Positions 12,819 to 25,231 of a stretch of 64,000 nt of DNA are shown in pieces. Source of the DNA: Fistulifera solaris (lineage: Eukaryota). The position numbers were made by a program, and so were the translations under genes. Position 1 is the stretch's first letter; every line of letters starts with the position of its first letter. The notes beneath the pieces are model-generated. The model was not told the DNA's origin. It ran no database searches and worked only from the letters and a program-made list of their open reading frames with translations. The DNA is taken from contig AP026123.1 in NCBI GenBank assembly GCA_030295235.1, positions 372,001 to 436,000 on the forward strand. The letters are read 5' to 3'.

Positions 12819-14440
12819 TTATTTGAGTTTCTTCCGTTCGCCTGATCGTCTTGGCACTGACGGATTCTGTTGCTTGTGCTTTTTCGTATCCAAGCCATAC
12901 AACGGCAACTTGCGCAAATCGTGTGACTCAACTCTATTTTCGTTAGAACTTGTCCCTACCGGATTTCTTTTCAAAAGAAAGTTACAGATTTTGCTTCAAA
13001 GAAACGAATGATTCGGTAGACGCCATCATAGCGATGAAACACTTTTGCACCAACTTTTTGCTTTCGAAAGACTCGAATCGGGACTTGTTGAGGAAAGTTC
13101 ACTTTCATGGCCCGGGCGCCGGATTTTAGATTGGCCGTATAGATAAGCGCGTCAAACTTATCATCGTTGCCCTTGTACTCACCCGACAAGCTAATGGCCT
13201 CGCATCCGCGCTTGATAGATCCACTCACACCTTGTTGCGTCCTGAAGAGAGGGTTTATTATTGTGAGTCTAGCAAGCATCATTAGAGACAAAAGAGCACG
13301 GACACGTAGTGCACTGACAAATGGTATCCATTTTGTATCATTTCTGCGCGAGTGTAAAGCTTTCCTTCAACTAAGCCTTCCACACAATTCCCGAAGGGTT
13401 TTGCCTTTAACGGTGGAGGTGGACGTAGGTCGTATATCGGCCTACCGGTATCGTCTTTTAGCATCTTTTGTATGCCATCGCGGAAAATGACGACGACTCG
13501 AGCCTCTCGTGGATCGCTGCATCCGTCCTCCAAATTTTTCTCGGGCAGTACAGCATGAGTGTAGTTTTGTTGCATCAGTTCTAACAGGACAAATGAGTCG
13601 AAACAAATTGAAACTTCGCACTTAAACAACGCATAAAGGTTATTTACCATCCATGAGGTAGGCGTCACCTGAACCCGGAAAAATCTTGTATTCAAAGTCA
13701 CCATCTTTAAGATCCTTTTCTTTCACTTTGATCGAAACGCAACGACGGCTTCGCGACGTATTGACAACAACAGCAAAAATGACCGATTCGCCTTGATTGT
13801 CGTCCGCGTGATAGTGGATTCTGTCATTTGAACCTCGGTAGTAGATGACGTTCGCTCCAATCCGAAAATCATCGACTTGGCAAGTATCCAAAGCCCGGTC
13901 CCACATTTGCTCGACACCTTTCACTCGCTTCAGAGGGAATGCCTTCATTTTGGCAACGCGATAGTCGTAGCCCGGGTTCGGAGCCTCAAAAACATCATGG
14001 GCTTGCTTGTGTAGAAGAAACTGCGCTCGGGGCTGATTTGTGCTTTGTGTTTGATACACACGGAACAAGTCGCACTTGTTTAGCTCCCGTACTAACCCCC
14101 TTCGCTCTCTTTCGTCACTGAGCCAGCCCGGATACAAGGTCAAAGAGCCTCCGCGTTGCAAAGGTATAACGATGGTATCATTTTGCCACGTCTCGGGCTC
14201 GAAATTTCGAAAGGGCGACCACTCGCCTTTGTTACCATCAAATTGTCGACGCTGTACAAGAGGGGGTTGTGACACCTTGACGGACGGTGCTTTTTTCGCG
14301 AAAGATTTCTTCTGTTTGCTTGTGAGCGATATTACCTGGCTTTCGGGGGTAGAGAAAGTTGGTCGAATCTTTTTGCTGGTTTTGTGCACGATATCACAGC
14401 CGATTTCGTCGGTTTCTTCTTGCTAGTCGGCGCCTTCATG
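12819..14440 (-). CDS. AlkB-like 2OG-Fe(II) dioxygenase fused to a C-terminal SRA/YDG domain; introns 13581-13647 and 13242-13318; start codon and last ~50 codons uncertain
   Basis: NVIYYRGSNDRIHYHADD (HxD), MQQNYTHAV (distal H), RVVVIFR; then GYHLTQQGVSGS..GCEAISLSGEYKGNDD..LIYTA..PIRVFR..RYDGVY; both GT-AG introns restore the frame. Confidence 0.8.
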
Positions 14441-14848
14441 ATTTTCCTTTACCATTTCACAACGCTATTCGGTGCAACGTGATAATGATATACACTCATG
14501 AGTGACCTTTTGAGCTTGGATGATCGATAATGGCATTATGCGGTCTTTTCTCAACAAAAAATCTTTTGACTCGTCGCATGCAAAACGTCAGCTTGCGTGC
14601 GCACTCTGCGCGAAAAATCTACAGCTAGGGTTCTCAAACAAACGTTCTAGTACTTGTACGGAGTAATACCTATAGCTAGAGGGTACAGTATGCATAATGC
14701 AATTTCGTTGGCAGTATAACCTTTTTGTTGCTATACAATAATTACATAGTATTCATCGCTATCTCTTTTCAAAGACGACATGTAATTCAAGAGATAGAAT
14801 TGCACTTCACAAATGGCTATTGATCTCTCTTTCCGGTCGGCCGTACGC

Positions 14849-16893
14849 TCACTGAGATGAGTGCATCGACTGTCGTTTGATCAATTCTTGATATTTCGTG
14901 CATCTCTGCAACAACTCATCATGTGTTCCAGAATCGATGATCCGGTGGTCATCGACAACTACAATTTGCTTCGCTCGTTTGATCGTCGATAGCCGATGCG
15001 CCACAATCACCACAGTTCGCCCAACTACCGCCTTATCAATAGCTTCCTGCACGAGGTGTTCCGACTCCGCATCGAGGGCCGAGGTAGCTTCGTCGAGCAG
15101 TAAGATTCTAGGATTTACTAGCAAGGCTGTGGATAACGGAACACAACAAAATAAGAATTTCCGTTCGTCAAGGACTTGATGAACGAAAACGTGCTTACCT
15201 CGAGCGATAGCTATTCGTTGCTTTTGACCACCGCTGAGTTTCACTCCGCGCTCACCGACCATAGTGTCGTATTGCTGAGGCCATTGCACGATGAAATCAT
15301 GAGCATTTGCCTTTCGACTCACTTCATCCAGTTCTTCTCGGCTAACTTCACGATCGATTCCGTAACAAATATTCTCGCGAACTGTCAGTCCGAAAAGTTG
15401 CGGTTCCTGTTGCACGTAGCCGATATTAGCACGTAGCCACGGCAAATCAAGATCCCTCAAATCATGTCCGTCGATACGGATGGAGCCCGACGGCACATCG
15501 TAAAAGCGCTGTAATAATGCCACCACGGTCGATTTACCAGCTCCCGAGGCTCCGACCAAGGCCGCTGTCGAGTTGGCTGGAATGGTCAATGAAAAGTTGC
15601 AAAGAACCGCACTCTCTGGACGCGAAGGGTAAAAGAAGTTAACATTTTCAAATCGTATGTTTCCTTCCATCGCATCTGGTCGTAGCAATGGAATCGGAGG
15701 AACGTAGTGATCGACAGGCATCACTGTCGGGGTATCTTCTTCATCTTTCCCTGCGTCAGCCTTATCAAGTGTTGCTTTTTCATTTTGAACAGGGATCGGG
15801 ATTGCAGGAATACGGTTCAGTAGATACATGATACGTCCTGAAGCACCTTGTGCTTCCAATAGCTTTGATACGAAGGAGCTTGTCTGTCCCAAACCAGCAC
15901 CGATGTAGAAGACATACGACTGGAAAGCAGTCAATTCACCCAGAGTAATTTCACCGTCATTGACCAGTTTAAATCCGTACCACAAACTGACGTACAAGCA
16001 TCCAAATCCAACACCGAATATCAATGTAAAGAAACCAGCAGCAACAATGGCTTTGAAAAATCCAACTCGGTAGGTTGTTTTGTCTTGACCCTTTTTGTGA
16101 GTAGCCCACCAGAATGGAAACTGATCCGGATCCCCAACGACTTTTTCATACCGATGTGCTTCGCGTTTTTCCGCCGCAAAGGATTGTACCGTCCTCATGG
16201 CTCCGAGCACCTCCGTCGCGTGTCCTTGCGCGGTACCCAGCACATTTTGGTACTCACGGCTCAACTTTCCCAACCACGTTCCGATGGGAATGCTCATACA
16301 AAACAGCACAATGACACATCCCAAGACAACGATCGCCAGATATGCGGATATCCAAAACATGAGAGCCATACAGACAACTAGCTTCACCATCCCCAAAATG
16401 ACTTCTGGCAAGGCTTGACTGGTGCCGATTTGTAAGACAGCTGTGTCACTCGTTAAACGCGAAATCAATTCTCCCGATTGGTGTTCGTCAAAAACGACAT
16501 TTCTTGTTTCATCAACGAAACAAATAACAGATTCCGTAAGCGAGCCACGACGCGTTCACCCGCTACACTCATCAGTGCTTGTCGCAGGAATCCCAAGAAG
16601 GAACCGACGGAATGCACCACAAGAACGGTAATCATCGTCCGAGAAATATCTTGCATGCGATCGACGGCTTCCGGATCGACCAGCGTATCGTAGGCATCGG
16701 CCAGTAGTAACGGATTCAACAACGGTGCACTTTCCGCGACGATCATTAGGAAACAGGCAATCGCTAGACCAGGCCATTCGGGTTTCGCTAATCGCAGTAA
16801 ATTGGCGAGAGACGGTGTCTCGGACGGTACAGCTTTGGATTGCTTGAAGGCATCTGGATGATTGGGAGCTGGTGAACTTGCCGCTTCGCTCAT
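14849..16893 (-). CDS. ABC-B half transporter (ABCB10/TAP/MDL-like), frameshift ~16490, intron 15127-15198
   Basis: TMD with AGERVVARLR, ISRLTSDT; NBD GASGAGKST, LSGGQKQRIAIAR, LLLDEATSALD. Confidence 0.92.
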
Positions 16894-17500
16894 CGTTTAT
16901 TTGATCAATATAACTCTCTATTATGTATTTTGTTAGTTTGAAAATATGTTCTTTTGTGCTCATTCGTGTCGAAGAATGAATGATGCATTTCTTTATTGTT
17001 CGCCGCATCATTTTTTTCCTTTGCTCGTCCTTTTTTTATTATATGTGCCGGGACTCCAGATGAGAGTCAAGTCGGAAAATCTTCATTCCTTTTCACGCCA
17101 TAATGAACGCTTCATGCAAACAATGAAAACACAAATAATGGAGCCGTCATCCACCGCTCTCACGGTACCGACGACATTAGCATTTTTACAATGAAAGTAA
17201 TTTATTTTGGTGATCTGGCATTCATGGTCTAAAGCAACGCTCAGCTCTAGAGCTACGATACGTTACTGTACCTGGTATTGCTTGACACAGAAGATCTTTT
17301 CAATCCCGGGACTGAAAACGTACCAATGATGCGGACCTTCTGTCCGTCGTTTCGATACGTTTGTACACAATTCCCCAGCGCACAGTTCCAGCAGCAGCGT
17401 CGTCGGCAGTTGGCGAGCAAGTCAGAATAGGCAAACGAAAGAATTATACTACCTTTATTATTATTCACAACTGCATTTTTCTTTTTCATTTCATGACGCC

Positions 17501-19162
17501 ATGAGAGCACGGAGCAGTTTCATCAATGTGCCTTGCATCGAACCTTTGCATTGTCATTTAATTTCGCGCTCGAAGAGTGGAGGCAAATTATCCGTGGATC
17601 ATCAGAACGTGGCGTCTTCGAGTGCATCGCGGAATGAATGGCAAATACTGAGGACGGCGAACTCAAGTTTTGTGTTTCAGGCTGTAGGAACGAATCAGTT
17701 TCTTTGTTTGGAAGATGATGAAATTCTGGTCAAAACGGTGCGTTCACTTGAAACGCCGCAGGGGGAAAACAAGTTTCCGTCTTCCTTTTTGTGGAAGATA
17801 CAGGCACATTCCTCGATCGAAGGAGCTTTCTTTCTCGTTTCAGAAGAAGGAAAGCCCGTTGCATGCAATGCAAATGGAGTCCAAGTGTGGGAAAAGATTT
17901 CCGATTCGTCCAGTCTGGCGTGGTCGTTCGATTTCTTGTCCGGAGAATTGGTTCATATCATTTGCCCCGTCTTTCAAAAGCTGATTCAGTGCCACGGAGT
18001 ATTACCCGGCCCCCGATTGAACACCAAATTTGGTGGATGGGAGACTTGGCGCTTGATTGAAGCGGGAAATAACACCGTCTATATTACTTCTTGGACGCAT
18101 GGACATGTCTTGGGTGCGAATGCGCAAGGAGATTTGGAATTAAACAAGCGATCATCGCGCGACGAATGGGATCGATGGATCGTTATTCGAGGTACCAGTG
18201 GTGAAGGTGTCTACTTGCGTTCGATGAAAGCGAAACGATACTTGGCCACCGATGGAACCATTTTGGATACTTGTCGCGAACGAGTTGCGATGCATTACAC
18301 AACCATTTGGCACTTGGAGCCGCCAAATCGGAATGTCTATCATCTGCGTTCTCGAAATCATGGGTATCTGAGCGCGAATTTAGATGATCAGTTATGTATG
18401 AACAGGGACTGTCATTCCAAGGGAGGGCATTTTCAGTTTGAGCGACGAGAAGGCGGCAATGAAGGTGATTGTTTGGCGATCAAAAGTTTGGCCACTGGAA
18501 AATATATAGCGCTCGACACCACAACAAGGGAGCTGTTTTGCAGCGAAATTAGTTACTGGTGGCATGTGGAAGAATATGATAGCCTCTCTCGGGGGCTCGT
18601 ATTCATTACTAGCACAGGCAGTACTCCACTTGTGTTAAACTGTGGTGAAGAAGGGAAGCTGGCTGTCTCTACGGACATTGCGTTTCGTGAGGAAAATGCC
18701 TGGCGCCTGGAACCACATCTCCCAGACTCTTTGACGAAAGCGCAGTGTATTAGTGTGGGCGCAGTCATTACAGGAGGTGTCGCAGCGATGGTGGCTGCGC
18801 CGCTCGCCTTCACCGCAATGGTGGCGTCGATCGGTTTGGGTTCTCGCAGTATGACATCTAACAAGGACAACACAATGACGAAAGAAGGCTCGCTAGCTGA
18901 TGGCTCAAACGAAATTTTGCAAACGATCGGTGTAGCGCGATTGGGCTCTACGGGCAAGGGACAGTCCCTGATAAATAACGGCCCTGCTGGTGGATCCGGT
19001 GTATCAGGTACAACGGCTACTGCATTACTTCGTTCCGCAGAGAGTTCTTCTCAAAGTACGGGTGACCACGGGGATTTCGCCGATGCGTCGCTGTTTGGAT
19101 CGGCGGATCGCCCCTTTTCGGATTGGAGGTATTGGGAAGATGTGGCTCGAGCCTCCCAGTGA
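17501..19162 (+). CDS. Fascin/actin-cross-linking-like beta-trefoil repeat protein with C-terminal hydrophobic IFI6/IFI27-like segment
   Basis: Repeated (Y/A)(L/I)(R/K)S...(R/K)YL....G and WETW/EW motifs; GGVAAMVAAPLAFTAMVASIG...GSLADGS..ILQTIG. Confidence 0.55.
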   Translation: MRARSSFINVPCIEPLHCHLISRSKSGGKLSVDHQNVASSSASRNEWQILRTANSSFVFQAVGTNQFLCLEDDEILVKTVRSLETPQGENKFPSSFLWKIQAHSSIEGAFFLVSEEGKPVACNANGVQVWEKISDSSSLAWSFDFLSGELVHIICPVFQKLIQCHGVLPGPRLNTKFGGWETWRLIEAGNNTVYITSWTHGHVLGANAQGDLELNKRSSRDEWDRWIVIRGTSGEGVYLRSMKAKRYLATDGTILDTCRERVAMHYTTIWHLEPPNRNVYHLRSRNHGYLSANLDDQLCMNRDCHSKGGHFQFERREGGNEGDCLAIKSLATGKYIALDTTTRELFCSEISYWWHVEEYDSLSRGLVFITSTGSTPLVLNCGEEGKLAVSTDIAFREENAWRLEPHLPDSLTKAQCISVGAVITGGVAAMVAAPLAFTAMVASIGLGSRSMTSNKDNTMTKEGSLADGSNEILQTIGVARLGSTGKGQSLINNGPAGGSGVSGTTATALLRSAESSSQSTGDHGDFADASLFGSADRPFSDWRYWEDVARASQ

Positions 19163-19630
19163 TAAAGTAAGGGGTGCAGTCATCGACGTGAAAATTTTTT
19201 TCTCGACAAAGTTGAAGCAAGATGACTTTCGGGGTCGAGCGGCGAGGCAAACGAGCATGATTATGGGATAAACGTGAAAGGGCGCTTTATCGTGCACCTT
19301 TTCGCAATATGGGCTGACGATACAGTAGCACGCAACAAAGGCATCCGGCGCTGGAAACGATTCAGTAGTAGTTGCGAGTCGATATCTACAACTGTGCGAA
19401 AACTTTTGATACGTAAAATCAAATGAGTTACATTGCGAGCTTCTGTCGTGCCTCTTATCTTCTGCTAGGAAGCATCGCTTTATTCAGAAAGTTTTTACTA
19501 ATTGATGTGTTACGGAGTTCGATTGACTATCAGGTCTACATGCAATTTCATTTTATAAGATCTCGAGTTTCTCTTCTTCACAGCGTCTCCTTTTCGTTTC
19601 TTAAGCAAAATCATCTCCGTCCGTCTCAGC

Positions 19631-21088
19631 TTATTGACCTAACTGGACAAGTCCACATAATGTGTCAAGGTGATTGGACAACAGCAGTGCGGAGCGCTGA
19701 AAGTCCTTTGATGCTTGTTCCACCAAAGCTGTTGTGACGAGCCGATTGCGCTCTGGCTCCGATAGAGGCGCCACCTCAAGATCCGACGAGCCCCTGTAGA
19801 ACTTGTTGAAGGAATAGAGTGCGTCGACGAGCAAGCCATCTGAAAAACGAGTCCCATGGCAATCAGTCACCTCAATGTTTCTATGATGCGATAGAAAATC
19901 AACCAAATTGGAAAATCCAGAACCAAAAGCTTCGTTGTTCCTCACATCTACTGTGAGGCACCGAAGACCTGGTGATGTTTCAAGCCGTCGAAAAGGGTCT
20001 TCAAGTAATCCTCTTCACAATGATCATAGTCATAAGACAAATCAAGAACTCGTAAGTTTTTGTTCGCAAGCGCTGCACAAATCATTTCTTGTATGACACA
20101 AAATGGTAAACAATCGCTGTCATCACACCCAAATTTCAACTCCACAAAATGACCCAAGGAGGCTACTCGTTGCCAAAACAAAATGAGATTCTTTAGATCG
20201 AAGTCCCAGTCGGGAAATATCATTAGGGAGAGCTTTGTCGCTGTAATACGTACAGATTCCCAACCGGTTCTTGATACTTGCCTCAACTCATCGACACAAA
20301 GTTCATAGGAAAGGGAATCTGCTTTAGCCGAAAAAGGAAGCAACACGGGTTCATTGTCATGTAAAAATGGTAATCCCAAATGCTGTATGGTTTCAACTTG
20401 TAAGAGGCGTCGCAGATTGTCAACATTCACTGGTAAATTGTCTCTCCATACGCTGCAATGTTAGCGAACCAAATGACGATTTGCGGTCCTGAAGCGCATT
20501 GACGAACGCCGTTCCTCCATCTGCTAAAATGCTGTCAATGATCGTGATTGTTACGGGATGCGGTCTCATTGCTAAAGCAATCGACTGCGCAGCACTCAGA
20601 TAAATGTTCTCAAACCTCAAATGCAATGACGGGATCGCCTCGAAGACGTCCAGGAAACATTGAGATTGAGCGGCACTCAAGTCAATTGGGGAAGAGTTTG
20701 TATCGTTCGCGATCAAAAGACAAGAAAAATTTGATGTCGATCGCACTAAACTCAAAAAGAATGCAGCCGTTTGCGCCATGGCGTCGTGGGTACTACCAAC
20801 GATGTACAAGCGAACATCGTCGTCATCGAATCCACAATGCAAAAAGTTAAGACCATCCCGCGGTATGTCGCGAAGACCCCAGCTGACATACGTCAGCGTC
20901 TGATTATTCCGCCAGATAGCCGCTCTTTGTCCGAGTTTGCGAAGGTCCTCCAAATCGCTGGGATCGCGCAATAATACATACGTTTTCGTCGCGCCTTCAT
21001 AACGGCGCCAACGAGCGACCGGCAAGCAACTGGACTCCGGAATCTCCTCAAACACGGATTTATCGAAAGATTGGTTGTTGCTTGACAT
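19631..21088 (-). CDS. Diatom lineage-expanded hypothetical (RNI/LRR-like) protein; frameshifted or pseudogene
   Basis: Three consecutive minus-strand ORFs in different frames (20420-21349, 19948-20430, 19631-19945) with protein-like composition, e.g. DGGTAFVNALQDRKSSFGSLTL, ALANKNLRVLDLS. Confidence 0.55.
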
Positions 21089-21462
21089 GGCAATAAGTTC
21101 AAGTGAAGGTGCAGAAGCAAGAGAAAGTGTGTGTTGTTGCAGCACGACATTCCCTCTTTTTTGTAACGGTGTCTTGTTCGTTATAATACCGCGAGGCATT
21201 TTCGTAGCGTTTCCGCATCCGGTACTGATTTTCAAATTGAACCAACAATTTGTGTCTACTGTGGAGAATCTACTGTGGAGAACCTCTCCGACAATGGTAT
21301 CATTCCAGGTGGAAGTCGCAAACCGATAACGATGATGCTCCTCTCGCAAAGCAAGCGCAAAGTGACAATAGACTATAGAATTAGAATCGATTCAAGCAAA
21401 TTTTACCTACGCTACCGCAATCCTTCATCCTTTACATACAAAGGAACACCGCAGTGAGAAAT

Positions 21463-22459
21463 ATGAACCGCGCACTGCCCCGAACACCGCTCCTCGTAGC
21501 GTTATTCGTGCTTTCCGCACTGATGTCTTCCGTCTCCTCGACGACGACGTGGGGTCAAGTGTGTGTCGCCTCTGTCGTTTCCATTTGTTACAAATAAGGC
21601 TATTAATCAACATAGAACTACAATCAGCAAATCAGCGGTACTTTTCAAGCTGAGAGGTGGGTCTTTAGATTTAAGCGACGATGAGGATGACGACGATGAA
21701 GACGAAGACGACGATTTCAACTTGGACACGGACGACTTTGAAGCAGCGGAAGGTGATTTTGCCGAAGCCAACACAATCGATCGTGTTCTAGAAGCATGGA
21801 AAAGGACACCGCCTCTGACCAAAGCTTATTTGACGGCTTCCTTCGGAGCTACAATGTACGGGTATCTTTTTAACAAGAACGAATTCCCCCGCATTCTGAC
21901 ACTGGAATGGAAGCCAGTCCTGCAGAGACTACAAATATGGCGACCTTTCACTTCCTTTTTAAACTTTGGACCGTTCGGTTTGGGATATATTCTCACAGCT
22001 CAATTCGTGTGGACGTACATGGCAACGTTGGAACGGTTAAACCACAATCGTCCTTTTGACTTCTGGATAATGATGCTCTTTGGCCAGCTTTCCATGGTGA
22101 TCGGTTACCCCCTGCTGAAATTGAGCCCTCGATTCCTCGGTCACAACTTGTCCACATATCTTGTTTATATCTGGAGTCGTTACCATGAAGGAGTCGAAGT
22201 CAATATGTTCGAAATGTTTAACACGAAAGCGGAACTGTTGCCTTGGTTCTTTCTGGCGCAGACATTTCTTTTGGAAGGTGAACCTCCGGTCTTGGACTTT
22301 TTGGGGATTGTGTTTGGGCACATTTACCATCATTGCAAAACAGTGGGTATTCTTCGAGCACCAGACGCGCTCGTGGCGTGGTATCATGGAGATTCGGAAG
22401 TGGCCAAGAGGATACGAGAAGAATACAAAGTGATTACGTCCGAGTTTGAGTTGGTATAA
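21463..22459 (+). CDS. Derlin (Der1-like), probably the symbiont-derived SELMA type with a bipartite presequence; frameshift ~21555
   Basis: TPPLTKAY, LQIWRPFTSF, LVYIWSR, LPW, GIVFGHIY; upstream MNRALPRTPLLVALFVLSALMSSVSS signal peptide, then LRGG and an acidic tract. Confidence 0.85.
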
Positions 22460-22601
22460 ATTGTGGCTATTGACGGTCGATAGCAATGCTAGAAAGTAAA
22501 CGCAAAAACGTTTCAGAATTCATTATCTTAGTCGTTTTTAGCGTGAGTTGATTTATAAATAATGGATGGAAGCCAGCATGCATGCTCTGTAACAGTAACT
22601 T

Positions 22602-23274
22602 TTACCGACTCAAACTCTGAATAACATCGAGTGCACTAGCAACTTGTTGAGAAGAAGCTTGACTCAAATACTGATCTAAAGCCTTTCCCATTTCGGTCAG
22701 AGGACGAATCAGCTCTTGCACATTGGAATCTGCGGGGTTCTCTTGCTGATAAACATACTCGGCCAAAAAGTCGTTGTACGCGACCCAAGCGTCGTTTCGT
22801 GAACCGTATTGGAGCGTTTGTTTGACGGGAAGATCACTTTCTATAGACGGTCTACCTGGACCATCAAACCCTTTTGTGTAGTAGACAAGAAAAGCGTTCT
22901 GATCGACAAACTTTTGCTTGTACGAAAGAGGATCTGAGTACGCATCGAACAGACTCTTGAACGACTTTTCGTCCGAGGGGATTGACTTCAATAGGATTTC
23001 GATGCGTGCTAGAGGGATTCTCTTCGAGAATATCAAGTATTTGTTGCGTAGTGCGCCGCAATTGTAGAATGGTGATCAGAGCTTCTACAGTACCGGTAGC
23101 TGGCTTTCGATTTTGTGATGTATCAGCTGACGCTTGCGAAGGTAAAATAATGAGAGCAGACTTGAGCGAGGCCAGCGTCTTCAGAAAAGCCCTACGTTCA
23201 AGACTAGCAATCGACCATCCTTTACAAATAGATACAAGCAGAACATGAACAAAAAGATGTAGGGTCCGTCTCAT
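22602..23274 (-). CDS. Probable thylakoid-lumen protein (signal + W + twin-arginine RRAFLK...ASA); frameshift ~23000
   Basis: MRRTLHLFVHVLLVSICKG-WS..ERRAFLKTLA..PSQASA-D; ORFs 22864-23283 and 22602-23036 overlap out of frame. Confidence 0.65.
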
Positions 23275-23591
23275 TGCTGCCAAACTTACACAAGCATGAA
23301 TTTTGCGACAAAATGCGCTGAATTCAAAAAAATGAAGATCGTGAGCGAGTCGTCACGCACCCCTCCCATCAGTCCCTTTGTTATTTGCACTATAACGAAT
23401 TTAGTGAACCTCCTTTGAACGTTGAGCAACACTCACCTTCGCGTGTTTCACCAGTCCCGCGATTGTTAGGGGTGCAACGCATAAAAGAATTTTTGATGCA
23501 CTTGCACGATGAAGAGAGGTCTATCAACGAAAAACTTTCACTCCTTTTTGCATAAAATTGCCTTTAATTATTCAACGCACTTGCACGCAAC

Positions 23592-24515
23592 ATGAAGCCG
23601 GAAAGCAATCGTTCAAAACGCGGATTCTTTAGCTGGTGCCTTGCTAAATCGCAACCGACACTTCCATCCGAGTTCTTATTGCAAAAGACGCCCAAGTCTT
23701 ACGCTTACGCCACTTCTCCGATCTCTACAACTCAAGACAGTGACGACGATGATGAACGAGCGAGTCTTCTGGATCACTCGTATGATGATGTTCTACCGAA
23801 TGGCAACAAAAGCAAAACGAAGGACACGAGCGATTCATCGGTTTCTCCGAAGACCCAACCCCGACGTTCATGGAAAGAAAGATTGGTTCAAGCGATTGAA
23901 CGTCGGAAGAAACTCGGTTGGAACACACAGAGAGGCTACAGACAAGTAGATGATACGCTACCAGAAGATGTCCTACCCGAAGCAGTCAGCGAAGAAAAGG
24001 AAGTTACCCAGGATTTTCTACCGCACACCAAGCAAGATACCCGTCTGACGCTAAGTTCCATATCAGCCGGAAGTGCCTTATTGAATATGTCTTTGAACCC
24101 TGATTATCCTCAGTTTGAGCTGCTGGAGTTGGACGCAGAATCGATGACAGGGAAAGTCATAGAAACAGGCAAGAGACGCGGCCAAGAAAAAGGAAAGTTC
24201 GTCACTACCCCAAAAGACAATCTGAGCAAGCCTTATCCTCTCCTGCATTCAAGGCGCCGTTCACCGGATTGCGAAGATAGCACGACATCAACACTGCACA
24301 CCAGCACTTGCATTGAAGAAACTACACCATGGAAGAAGATAGACTCATGGACAGAGAGCCGTTCGATTCAGAAGCCGAAGCCAGTTATTGTTAGAAGACA
24401 ACGTCTGTACAGTGCAGATGAAGCGGAGGACGAAGAGTTATCTTTGCAAACAGCGAGAGTACTCTTTTACGACTTCCGAGACAGCTTGATTAACTTGATC
24501 TCTGCAAGAGTTTAG
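23592..24515 (+). CDS. Hypothetical, largely disordered protein (307 aa)
   Basis: Long ATG-initiated ORF with no recognised domain. Confidence 0.6.
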   Translation: MKPESNRSKRGFFSWCLAKSQPTLPSEFLLQKTPKSYAYATSPISTTQDSDDDDERASLLDHSYDDVLPNGNKSKTKDTSDSSVSPKTQPRRSWKERLVQAIERRKKLGWNTQRGYRQVDDTLPEDVLPEAVSEEKEVTQDFLPHTKQDTRLTLSSISAGSALLNMSLNPDYPQFELLELDAESMTGKVIETGKRRGQEKGKFVTTPKDNLSKPYPLLHSRRRSPDCEDSTTSTLHTSTCIEETTPWKKIDSWTESRSIQKPKPVIVRRQRLYSADEAEDEELSLQTARVLFYDFRDSLINLISARV

Positions 24516-24661
24516 AGAAATTGACATATTTGCTTCATTGTTATTCGATATCAACGAGTGCAAATGATTTAAATTCTATAATGCAACTTACATATACCTG
24601 CACTTTTGTGTTTACGTCGCCTCTTCGAAACATTGCCTCTCAGGTGTGAACCAAATGAATG

Positions 24662-25231
24662 CTAAGATCTTTTCCAAAACATCCACTTTCGCTTCTTCGG
24701 TACCTCCATAAGCTCCATATAACCCTGCGGGTACCATCCAATAGATAATATATCAGCGTTCTCATCTCTCGTCCGACAAAGATGATAGTATTCGCCTGGA
24801 CCTACATCCTCTTGCAGAACTTCGACTACATCACCAACTTTGACGCCTTTCAATCCGTGACTTCCGCCCATTTTATATTCTTCAACCACCTTACACTGGA
24901 ACAGGGTAGGCGAATCTTGATATCGCTCCATCATCTCGCGTCGTTTCTCTTCCACCTGGTGTCGTATTTCTTGCACCGTGTCAGTGACCTCTTGTTTGTT
25001 TTGATACTGCAGGAATCGATCCACTCCAACCAAGAACAAACTCGAAAATCCCAGCGTTAATAGAATCGTCCCGTCATCCCACCATTGTCGAAGTCGACTC
25101 GGTGATTTTTCCGGTGGCTGGTTCTCCGCTGCGTAAAACCTTGCCGTCCGACGAATCGCCCCAACTCTTCGAGTAACTGTTCGAGAAAAAGTTGCGCGTC
25201 GAGCACCGACTTTGAGCACTGCTGGTAACAT
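24662..25231 (-). CDS. Probable mitochondrial single-pass membrane protein with SH3-like C-terminal domain
   Basis: Arg-rich presequence MLPAVLKVGARRATFSR, one TM segment, coiled coil, LKGVKVGDVVEVLQE...IGWYPQGYME. Confidence 0.6.
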   Translation of the reverse strand: MLPAVLKVGARRATFSRTVTRRVGAIRRTARFYAAENQPPEKSPSRLRQWWDDGTILLTLGFSSLFLVGVDRFLQYQNKQEVTDTVQEIRHQVEEKRREMMERYQDSPTLFQCKVVEEYKMGGSHGLKGVKVGDVVEVLQEDVGPGEYYHLCRTRDENADILSIGWYPQGYMELMEVPKKRKWMFWKRS

